Positions 26,387 through 33,027 of a stretch of 33,027 nt of DNA are shown here, in pieces. Under the pieces are notes generated by a model that saw only the letters and a program-made list of their open reading frames with translations, was not told the DNA's origin and did not search any database. Numbering within the stretch: position 1 is the stretch's first letter; every line of letters starts with the position of its first letter. The DNA is from an uncultured bacterium. Its GTDB lineage: Bacteria > NPL-UPA2 > JAADIA01. Both the position numbers and the translations under genes were made by a program. The stretch lies in contig CAZGXS010000001.1 of the NCBI GenBank assembly GCA_964529935.1, positions 1 through 33,027 of the forward strand, written 5' to 3'.

Positions 26387-26997
26387 CCCGGGTGAAGATA
26401 TGCGGGATAACTAATCTGAAGGACGCTCAGGCGGCCGTGGAGGGGGGTGCGGATGCCCTGGGGTTTGTCTTCGCTGAAAGTCCTCGTCAGATTAATCCGG
26501 AGGTCGCAGTTGGAATTATTCGTTCCCTGCCTCCTTTTCTTACCTGCGTGGGTCTTTTTGTGGATGAATTGCCGCAGGTGGTCAAGGAGATTATAAAGGA
26601 ATGCCGATTGGATGCGCTCCAGTTTCATGGGGGAGAACCTCCTGGCTATTGCCGGCAGTTTATGATCAAAACAATCAAGGCCTTTCGCCTCAGGAACGAG
26701 GATAGCTTAGAGATTATTTCCCATTATCAGGTGGATGCCTATCTTCTGGATACCTATAGGGAGGGAATTCCCGGGGGAACAGGGCAGTCCTTCGACTGGG
26801 ATTTGGCCCTCCGGGCTAAAGAATTTTCCCGCCCGATTATCTTAGCGGGGGGGTTAAGGCCGGATAATGTAGCTGAGGCTATCGGGAGAGTTAGACCTTA
26901 TGGGGTTGATGTGAGCACCGGCGTGGAAGCGAAACCGGGGAAGAAAGACCATAAAAAGATGAAAGAGTTTATAGAAATAGCGAGGAGTGTCAGATAG
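26383..26997 (+). CDS. trpF: Phosphoribosylanthranilate isomerase
   Basis: 204 aa. VKICGIT, LQFHG, LLD....GGTG..FDW. The GTG start overlaps the trpC stop. Confidence 0.92.
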   Translation: MTRVKICGITNLKDAQAAVEGGADALGFVFAESPRQINPEVAVGIIRSLPPFLTCVGLFVDELPQVVKEIIKECRLDALQFHGGEPPGYCRQFMIKTIKAFRLRNEDSLEIISHYQVDAYLLDTYREGIPGGTGQSFDWDLALRAKEFSRPIILAGGLRPDNVAEAIGRVRPYGVDVSTGVEAKPGKKDHKKMKEFIEIARSVR

Positions 26998-27060
26998 GCT
27001 TCACGCTATACGCTGCAGGTTGCAGACTGCAGGCTTTTAAGCGTGAGGCGTGAGGCGTGA
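26997..27060. repeat. CACGCCT / AGCGTGA hairpin element, copy 2
   Basis: GGCTTCACGCTATACGCT, loop GCAGGTTGCAGACTGCAGGCTTTTA, then AGCGTGAGGCGTGAGGCGTGA. The loop core CAGACTRCAGGCTTTYAAGCGTGA is shared with the copy at 9678, in the same orientation. Confidence 0.9.
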
Positions 27061-27075
27061 AAGGAGTGTGGGGAT

Positions 27076-28272
27076 TTGAGTTTTCCGGATAAGAGGGGAT
27101 ATTTTGAGAATTTTGGTGGGAAGTTTATTCCCGAGACCTTGATGTTTGCTCTTTCGGAATTAGAGAAGGCCTATGCGGAGGCGAGGAGGGACAAGACTTT
27201 TCAAAAGGAGCTTGCCTATTACTTGCAGGAGTATGTAGGAAGGCCAACCCCTCTTTACTTTGCAGAGAGGTTAACCAAAAGGCTAAGGGGAGCAAGAATT
27301 TATCTCAAGCGGGAGGATTTGGCCCATACCGGAGCTCATAAGATCAACAATACTTTAGGACAGGCGCTTCTGGCCCGGAGGATGGGCAAGCAAAGAATCA
27401 TTGCCGAGACGGGAGCGGGACAGCACGGGGTGGCTACGGCTACGGCAGCAGCTATGTTTGGATTAAAATGCGAAGTCTATATGGGGGAGGAAGACATTAG
27501 GAGGCAAGCTCTGAATGTTTTTCGCATGGAGTTATTGGGAACGAAAGTTATTCCCGTATCTTCCGGAAGCAAGACTCTGAAGGATGCTATCAACGAAGCT
27601 CTCCGGGACTGGGCAACCAATGTGAGAACTACTCATTATCTTATCGGTTCGGTAGTGGGGCCTCATCCCTATCCCTTATTAGTGCGAGATTTTCAAGCGG
27701 TGATCGGGAAAGAAGCCAGAAAACAGATTCTTAAAGTAGAGGAGAGACTCCCCAATTATCTTATAGCCTGCGTGGGAGGAGGGAGCAATTCTCTGGGACT
27801 CTTCCATCCTTTTTATAAAGACAAGGTTAAGTTTATTGGAGTGGAGGCTGCTGGCTTAGGACTGAAGACAGGGAAACATGCCGCCAGCCTGGTGAAGGGA
27901 AGCGCTGGGGTTCTCCACGGCAGCCGAAGTTTTATCCTCCAAAACAAAGATGGACAAATTCTCTCCACTCATTCTGTCTCCGCCGGCCTGGACTATCCAG
28001 GGGTGGGTCCCGAGCATAGTTTCTATAAGGAGAGCGGCCGGGCAGAATATGTTGCTGTTACCGACAAAGAAGCCCTGAAAGCTTTTCAGTTAACAGCGGA
28101 GTTAGAGGGAATAATCCCGGCTTTGGAATCGGCTCATGCCCTGGCCTATGTGATGAAATTGGCCCCGAAATTAAGTCAGCGCCAAATAATCATCATCTGC
28201 CTTTCCGGGAGAGGCGATAAGGATGTTCAGATGGCGGGGGATGCATTGGAAGAGAGAGGTAGGGGAAAATGA
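27076..28272 (+). CDS. trpB: Tryptophan synthase beta chain
   Basis: 398 aa. [11 protein letters not shown]-lysine box [17 protein letters not shown] start. Confidence 0.96.
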   Translation: MSFPDKRGYFENFGGKFIPETLMFALSELEKAYAEARRDKTFQKELAYYLQEYVGRPTPLYFAERLTKRLRGARIYLKREDLAHTGAHKINNTLGQALLARRMGKQRIIAETGAGQHGVATATAAAMFGLKCEVYMGEEDIRRQALNVFRMELLGTKVIPVSSGSKTLKDAINEALRDWATNVRTTHYLIGSVVGPHPYPLLVRDFQAVIGKEARKQILKVEERLPNYLIACVGGGSNSLGLFHPFYKDKVKFIGVEAAGLGLKTGKHAASLVKGSAGVLHGSRSFILQNKDGQILSTHSVSAGLDYPGVGPEHSFYKESGRAEYVAVTDKEALKAFQLTAELEGIIPALESAHALAYVMKLAPKLSQRQIIIICLSGRGDKDVQMAGDALEERGRGK

Positions 28273-29069
28273 GTAGAATCGGGGAGAAGTTTGAGGAATT
28301 GGGGAAGAAGGGCGAGAAAGCTTTCATCGCTTTTATCACTGCCGGCGATCCCAATTTAGAGACTACCAAATCTCTGGTTATAGAGTTAGAAAAAAGGGGA
28401 GTGGACATCGTTGAATTGGGGGTTCCTTTCTCTGACCCCTTGGCTGATGGGCCGACGATCCAAGCCGCCTCTGAGAGAGCCTTAAAAAATAAAGTTAGTT
28501 TGAAAGATATCCTGGAGTTGGTTAAAGGCCTAAGGAGGAGAGTAGAGATTCCCCTCGCTCTGCTCACTTATTACAATCCCATCCATAAATATGGTTTGGA
28601 GAAGTTTTCCCGGGATGCTGTTAGAGTTGGAGTTGACGGAGTAATCGTTCCCGATTTACCCCCGGAAGAGGGGAAAGAGCTAAAAACCTTTGCCGGGAAA
28701 GTGGGATTGGATACTATCTTTTTAGTAACTCCTACCAGCACTTCGGAAAGGATAAAGTTGATTGCCAAAAACTCTACAGGGTTTATCTACTATGTTTCTC
28801 TGATCGGAGTTACCGGAGCCCGGGATAAACTGACGGAAACGATAAAACCGGCCTTGAGAAAAATTCGCCGCTTCACCGAAAAGCCTATTGCTGTAGGTTT
28901 CGGCATCTCCCAACCCCGCCAGGTGAAAGAGATTGTCTCTTTTGCCGATGGGGTAATTGTGGGAAGCGCTATTGTCAAGAGAATCGAGGAGAACCTGAAC
29001 CACAAGAATCTAACCGGGCAGGTAGGAGAGTTTGTAGAGGGGTTAGTTAAGGCGGCCAGGGGAAAATAA
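28269..29069 (+). CDS. trpA: Tryptophan synthase alpha chain
   Basis: 266 aa. [25 protein letters not shown]. The ATG overlaps the trpB stop (ATGA). Confidence 0.95.
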   Translation: MSRIGEKFEELGKKGEKAFIAFITAGDPNLETTKSLVIELEKRGVDIVELGVPFSDPLADGPTIQAASERALKNKVSLKDILELVKGLRRRVEIPLALLTYYNPIHKYGLEKFSRDAVRVGVDGVIVPDLPPEEGKELKTFAGKVGLDTIFLVTPTSTSERIKLIAKNSTGFIYYVSLIGVTGARDKLTETIKPALRKIRRFTEKPIAVGFGISQPRQVKEIVSFADGVIVGSAIVKRIEENLNHKNLTGQVGEFVEGLVKAARGK

Positions 29070-29086
29070 GGGAATCATATTCTTTA

Positions 29087-30526
29087 ATGAAAACAATCTC
29101 TAAACAATCTAATCCTCTGGTGGCTATCGTTGGTCGTCCCAATGTGGGCAAATCAACCCTCTTCAATCGCCTTATCGGGGAGCGGAAATCGATAGTGGAA
29201 GCGGAACCGGGAGTCACCCGGGACAGGGTCTATGCTGAGGGGGAATGGGTGGGGAGGCAATTTTCCCTGGTGGATACCGGCGGCTTGATTCCCGATACTT
29301 CCGGGGAAATCATGAGCTTAGTCAGAAAACAGGTAAAGGTAGCTATCGAGGAAGCGGATCTTCTTATCTTCTTAGTGAATGTCCAAGAGAGGCTAACTGC
29401 TATTGATGAAGATATAGCAAAATGGTTTCGCCGGATAGATAAGCCTGTTATCCTGGTTGCTAATAAGGCTGATAATCCTCGCTTAGAAGAAGACGCGCTC
29501 TCTTTTTATCGATTGGGCTTATCTCATCCTATTCCTATTTCAGCTATGCATGGGCTTAATATTAACGAGCTCCTCGATAAGATGCTCGAGTCTTTACCTT
29601 TAAAGGGGCAAAAAGGGGAGCAGAAAGAAGGAATTAAAGTTGCCGTTGTCGGACGGCCCAATGTAGGGAAATCATCCTTCATCAATACTCTTCTTCGGGA
29701 GGAAAGGCTCATCGTTAGCGATAAGCCGGGAACAACCCGGGATGCCATAGACACTGTCTTTTATATAGGCGAGGAGAAGTTCATTTTCGTGGATACGGCA
29801 GGAATGCGGCCGAAGAGCCGGGTGAAGAAAAAGGTGGAAAGTTATAGTATAATCCGGTCCCGAAGAAGCATAGAACGCGCTGATATCGTTCTCCTTCTCA
29901 CCGATGCTCAGGAAGGGGTAACTTCCCAGGATAGCAAAATAGCCAGCTACATTTGTGAGGAGGGAAGAGGATGCATTATTGTGGTCAATAAGTGGGATCT
30001 AATAGTGGAAAGTTTAAAGTTGAAAGGGAAAAATAAAAGAAAGGGCCAAGCACCTCGGGTTGAAAGTTTAAGGTTGAAAGTTGAAAGTCAAAAAAATAAT
30101 CAACTACCCTGGGTGGAGATGAAAAAAGTGAGGGAAGAATATAGCCAAGCATTACGGGATAAGCTGAGGTTTCTGAACTTTGCTCCTTCTACCTTCATTT
30201 CAGCTTTAACTGGGGAGGGCGTATTTAAAATTATCGATTTGATAAGGATGGTAGCTCATCAGCAGACAATTCGTCTATCTTCCGGTATTTTGGGAAAAGT
30301 GTTTGAAGAAGCTAAGGACCATTATAAACCGCCTGGCGGTCAAGCTAAACCAGTTACTCTCCATCGACTCAGTCAAGTGGGGATAAAGCCGCCTACCTTT
30401 GTCCTTTTTGCCAATCATCCTCAGTTTATTGCCGACCCTTATTTGCGTTATCTCAGCAATAGATTACGTCAGGCCTTTGGATTTGAAGGGACTCCCCTCA
30501 AAATTATTCCCCGGAAGGGAAGATGA
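29087..30526 (+). CDS. der: Ribosome-biogenesis GTPase Der (EngA) with in-frame repeat insertion
   Basis: Two G domains (GRPNVGKST..DTGG..NKAD..ISAM and GRPNVGKSS..DTAG..NKWD..ISAL) plus a C-terminal KH-like domain. Confidence 0.95.
   Translation: MKTISKQSNPLVAIVGRPNVGKSTLFNRLIGERKSIVEAEPGVTRDRVYAEGEWVGRQFSLVDTGGLIPDTSGEIMSLVRKQVKVAIEEADLLIFLVNVQERLTAIDEDIAKWFRRIDKPVILVANKADNPRLEEDALSFYRLGLSHPIPISAMHGLNINELLDKMLESLPLKGQKGEQKEGIKVAVVGRPNVGKSSFINTLLREERLIVSDKPGTTRDAIDTVFYIGEEKFIFVDTAGMRPKSRVKKKVESYSIIRSRRSIERADIVLLLTDAQEGVTSQDSKIASYICEEGRGCIIVVNKWDLIVESLKLKGKNKRKGQAPRVESLRLKVESQKNNQLPWVEMKKVREEYSQALRDKLRFLNFAPSTFISALTGEGVFKIIDLIRMVAHQQTIRLSSGILGKVFEEAKDHYKPPGGQAKPVTLHRLSQVGIKPPTFVLFANHPQFIADPYLRYLSNRLRQAFGFEGTPLKIIPRKGR
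30003..30116 (+). repeat. GTTGAAA-word direct repeats inside der (in-frame)
   Basis: GTGGAAAGTTTAAAGTTGAAAGG (about 30006-30028) and GTTGAAAGTTTAAGGTTGAAAGTTGAAAGTC (about 30059-30089) flank an A-rich core. They translate as VESLKLKG...VESLRLKVES. Confidence 0.85.
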
Positions 30527-30730
30527 AAGAGGAGCAAGACATTTTCTCCCTCACAGGTGGTTGCTCGCTGCTACGCTTCGGTCGAAAAGGGCAGCAATTA
30601 AACTCCCCGCCACACTTCTTGGCGGGTCAGACAAAATTTCTGCTTTAACCCTTTTCTTCCTCAGCTACGCGGACGCTGCGCTACCAATGTTCGCTTGAAA
30701 ATACCTTGCTCTATGGTAGGAATGATAGAG

Positions 30731-31387
30731 ATGATAAGATTGATTTTAATTACCATGATAGTTAGTTATCTCATAGGTTCGGTTCCTACCGCCTACCTCT
30801 TGGGGAAGCTGAAAGGAATAGATCTGCGCTGTGAGGGCAGTGGTAATGTGGGGGCAACTAATGCCTTCCGGGTGTTGGGTCCTTGGGCGGGTGCGCTCAG
30901 CCTCTTTCTAGATATAGGAAAAGGATGGTTAGCGGTAACGGTTCTGGCGAATGTTTCTGTTGATCTTGCCGCTCTGTTTGGCGTAGGAGAAGTTCTACCC
31001 TTGGGAGCCGGACCGACAGATTGGCTGAGGGTTATAGCCGGAATTTCTGCCATTGCCGGGCATAACTGGACCATCTTTCTTAAGTTTAAAGGCGGAAAGG
31101 GTGTTGCTACCAGCACAGGCGTCTTTTTGGGTTTAGCTCCGGGAGCGTTAGGATTAAGCCTGCTCCTCTGGTTGATAATAGTTATCCTAAGCGGTTATAT
31201 CTCTCTTGGTTCGATGTTAGCGGCTCTTGGCCTCCCCTTGTTTATCTGGCTTTTGAGGGGAGAAACAGAACTTGTTTTCTTTGGCCTCCTGATAGCTATT
31301 TTAGTCGTCATCCGCCATCGTTCCAATATAGAAAGATTGCTCAAGGGAGAGGAAAATAAAATTTTTTTAGGGAGAAAAAATGTCTAA
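30731..31387 (+). CDS. plsY: Glycerol-3-phosphate acyltransferase PlsY
   Basis: YLIGSVPTAY, GSGNVGATN, HNWTIFLKFKGGKGVAT. ATG 30731 is preferred because AGGA lies 9 nt upstream and the N-terminal length is canonical. ATG 30713/30722 and the ORF-track TTG 30695 remain possible. Confidence 0.9.
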   Translation: MIRLILITMIVSYLIGSVPTAYLLGKLKGIDLRCEGSGNVGATNAFRVLGPWAGALSLFLDIGKGWLAVTVLANVSVDLAALFGVGEVLPLGAGPTDWLRVIAGISAIAGHNWTIFLKFKGGKGVATSTGVFLGLAPGALGLSLLLWLIIVILSGYISLGSMLAALGLPLFIWLLRGETELVFFGLLIAILVVIRHRSNIERLLKGEENKIFLGRKNV

Positions 31388-32366
31388 AACAATAGCCATT
31401 CTGGGAGCAGGAAGCTGGGGATGTGTTCTGGGGGTTCATCTCTTTAAGAAGGGCTCTGAAGTCCGGCTCTGGGACCTTGTCCCTCAAGTGGAACTAATCA
31501 AGGAGAAGCGGGAATGTCTTAAGATCCCGGGGTTGGTTATTCCCCCGGGGATAAAGGTTACTTCCCAAATGGAGGAGGCCCTGGAGAGAGCTCAAATCGT
31601 CGTCGTGGCCATTCCCTCTCAGATAGTGCGAGAGACAATCCAAAAAATGAAGGAGTTGCCTCTTCCTTCTATTATAGTTAGCGCCAGCAAGGGAATTGAG
31701 AATAAGACTTTAAGGACTATGTCGGAAGTTATCCTTGCCGTCCTGGGGGAAAGGCCGGTCGTTGTTCTCTCCGGTCCCAGCCATGCTGAGGAAGTCTGTC
31801 GCGGCATTCCCACAACTATAGTAGCCTCCTCTTCTGATGAAAAAGAGATGAAAGAGGTTCAGCGGGTCTTTATGACAGAGACTTTGCGAGTTTATACCAA
31901 TCCGGATATCCTGGGAGTAGAATTGGGCGGAGCCTTAAAGAATATAATCGCTATTGCGACGGGAATATCCGATGGTCTGGGCTTTGGGGATAATACCAAG
32001 GCGGCTCTCCTTACTCGGGGATTAGCGGAAATCTCTCGTCTGGGAATAGTCCGTGGGGCCAAACCTCTTACCTTTGCCGGGCTCTCGGGGATGGGAGATT
32101 TAATCACTACCTGTATCAGTCGCTACAGTCGGAATCGGAATTTAGGAGAGGCCATTGGCCAAGGTAAAAGCCTGGAAGAGGCTTTAGAAGATATAGGAAT
32201 GGTGGTAGAGGGGATTCCGACGACTAAATCAGCTCATGATTTAGCTAAAAAATATAAAGTGGAAATGCCCATAACCGAAGAAATATATCAGGTTCTTTTT
32301 GAGGGGAAAAATCCCTATCGGGCCGTGACTGATCTCATGCTCCGGGACGCCAAGTCGGAAATCTAA
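31380..32366 (+). CDS. gpsA: NAD(P)H-dependent glycerol-3-phosphate dehydrogenase
   Basis: ILGAGSWG Rossmann start, GALKNIIAIA, and conserved der-plsY-gpsA synteny. Confidence 0.95.
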   Translation: MSKTIAILGAGSWGCVLGVHLFKKGSEVRLWDLVPQVELIKEKRECLKIPGLVIPPGIKVTSQMEEALERAQIVVVAIPSQIVRETIQKMKELPLPSIIVSASKGIENKTLRTMSEVILAVLGERPVVVLSGPSHAEEVCRGIPTTIVASSSDEKEMKEVQRVFMTETLRVYTNPDILGVELGGALKNIIAIATGISDGLGFGDNTKAALLTRGLAEISRLGIVRGAKPLTFAGLSGMGDLITTCISRYSRNRNLGEAIGQGKSLEEALEDIGMVVEGIPTTKSAHDLAKKYKVEMPITEEIYQVLFEGKNPYRAVTDLMLRDAKSEI

Positions 32367-32377
32367 TATTTTCGCTT

Positions 32378-32457
32378 CCCACCTTCATCCCCTCCCCCGG
32401 GGAGAGGGAAGCCCCGTTAGATAAAAAGCTTATCTATCAACGGGATAAAGGTGAGGG
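32378..32457. repeat. Compound imperfect palindrome downstream of gpsA
   Basis: The outer pair CCCACCTTCATC / GATAAAGGTGAGGG encloses a GC-rich imperfect hairpin (TCCCCTCCCCCGGGGAGAGGGA). It also encloses a 12-bp bulged hairpin CCCGTTAGATAA-AAAGC-TTATCTATCAACGGG. Confidence 0.6.
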
Positions 32458-32555
32458 GGGGTAATTTCAGTACCAGGCCAGGAAATCCAAAGAGGGTTTA
32501 TTCTTTTTAAAGAGAAGTTTTTTTATTCTCTATTTTGCTTTGAGACACATTTTTA

Positions 32556-32584
32556 TTGTCATCTTTTGCGGAAGATGATATAGT
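32556..32584 (+). promoter_or_regulatory. Candidate promoter TTGTCA-17-TATAGT, with TCATCTT-N6-AAGATGA palindrome in the spacer
   Basis: Hexamers, 17-nt spacing and a perfect 7-bp inverted repeat (32559-32578) were read directly. The -10 ends 9 nt before the MerR-family ATG. Confidence 0.45.
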
Positions 32585-32593
32585 TTAAAAAGA

Positions 32594-32935
32594 ATGAATT
32601 CAGAAATACCGAATAAATTATACTTTTCCATCGGGGAGGCTAGTCGTATTGCCGGAGTCGAATCCCATGTGCTGCGTTATTGGGAGTCGGAATTTAGTTG
32701 TCTTCGGCCACGCAAGGACAAGTCCGGTCGTCGGAACTATCAGAAGAAAGACCTGGAAACTATTCTCCACATTAAGGATTTGCTCTACTGCCAGCGATAT
32801 AGTATCGCTGGGGCGAAAAGGAAGATGAAGGAAAGAGAAGAAGGAGAGCGGGGAGCAAAGAAAAAAAATTTTGTATCAACTTTGAAGGGGGTAAAGAAAG
32901 ATTTACAGTCAGTTTTAAAGGCTCTCTCTAAGTGA
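32594..32935 (+). CDS. MerR-family transcriptional regulator (small, HTH only)
   Basis: 113 aa. N-terminal HTH YFSIGEASRIAGVESHVLRYWESEF, followed by a basic, coiled-coil-like C-terminus. Confidence 0.85.
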   Translation: MNSEIPNKLYFSIGEASRIAGVESHVLRYWESEFSCLRPRKDKSGRRNYQKKDLETILHIKDLLYCQRYSIAGAKRKMKEREEGERGAKKKNFVSTLKGVKKDLQSVLKALSK

Positions 32936-32938
32936 TGG

Positions 32939-33016
32939 GTTATTAGCTATTAGTTATAACCTTATACCCTTACGGGCACAAGCGGGCACAAGCGAGTTAC
33001 GAGTTACTGTTTTTTT
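32939..33016. repeat. Serial tandem duplications: TTATWRSY units, (CGGGCACAAG)x2, (CGAGTTA)x2, T7
   Basis: Read directly. GGCACAAG resembles the AGGCACAR family. Any inverted arm would lie beyond the window end. Confidence 0.8.
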
Positions 33017-33027
33017 CGTTGTCGGGG

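Noticed and set aside
30527-30694. Identification of the der-plsY spacer as 6S RNA, SRP RNA, tmRNA or RNase P RNA
   Set aside because: Its length and the motifs I can recall for those RNAs do not match. It is left as an unassigned candidate.
30399-30698. 99-aa plus-strand ORF spanning the der 3' end and the der-plsY spacer
   Set aside because: It is out of frame with and overlaps the conserved Der C-terminus. It has an alternative start and no motif, so it is most likely spurious.
1-33027. Cyanobacterial origin, suggested by the STRR-like heptamer repeats
   Set aside because: ftsA is present, and as far as I know cyanobacteria lack it. I did not see HIP1 (GCGATCGC) palindromes. The gene order is a classical murC-murB-ddl-ftsQAZ cluster.

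Overview
The window is a 33-kb stretch of bacterial chromosome made up almost entirely of housekeeping genes, most on the + strand. I saw no rRNA, transposase, integrase, CRISPR array or recognisable defence gene. GC looks mid-40s % by eye (not computed). I cannot name the lineage from sequence alone; FtsA is present, which argues against cyanobacteria.

Gene order:
- GH130 (5'-truncated), a GT4 glycosyltransferase, then two tandem GH130 paralogs.
- Distal dcw cluster murC-murB-ddl-ftsQ-ftsA-ftsZ, followed by an uncharacterised B12-domain radical-SAM gene overlapping the ftsZ stop, then pgeF/yfiH.
- lepB; grpE-dnaK-dnaJ; tRNA-Glu(UUC).
- A minus-strand nitronate-monooxygenase/FabK-like gene with a small upstream ORF.
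- FmdB-type zinc ribbon and lepA.
- A minus-strand iron-sulfur flavoprotein, divergent from an acyl-CoA-dehydratase-activase-related gene that runs straight into trpE-trpC-trpF-trpB-trpA (no trpG or trpD).
- der-plsY-gpsA and a small MerR-family regulator.

I found no convincing novel gene system. The most unusual thing I can support is in the non-coding DNA. Most spacers longer than about 40 nt, including every dcw junction from murC to ftsZ, are built from short tandem words with periods of 7-8 nt, sometimes 10, 14 or 15. Most are arranged as inverted arms that could fold into long hairpins.
- The words differ between loci but fall into families that recur: GGTTCAC, GTGAATR, AGGCACAR, CACGCCT/AGCGTGA, GTCAGRA, AGGATTCA/GAACCCTT and GTTGAAA.
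- At least two families have conserved non-repetitive loop cores, so they behave as dispersed elements.
- Repeats also enter coding sequence. They supply the ddl start codon, add basic KAQRHK-type tails to Ddl and GrpE, and form an in-frame insertion of about 38 aa in the essential GTPase Der.

Repeat, promoter and hairpin coordinates were counted by hand and may be off by 1-2 nt. CDS coordinates follow the ORF track, adjusted only where stated.
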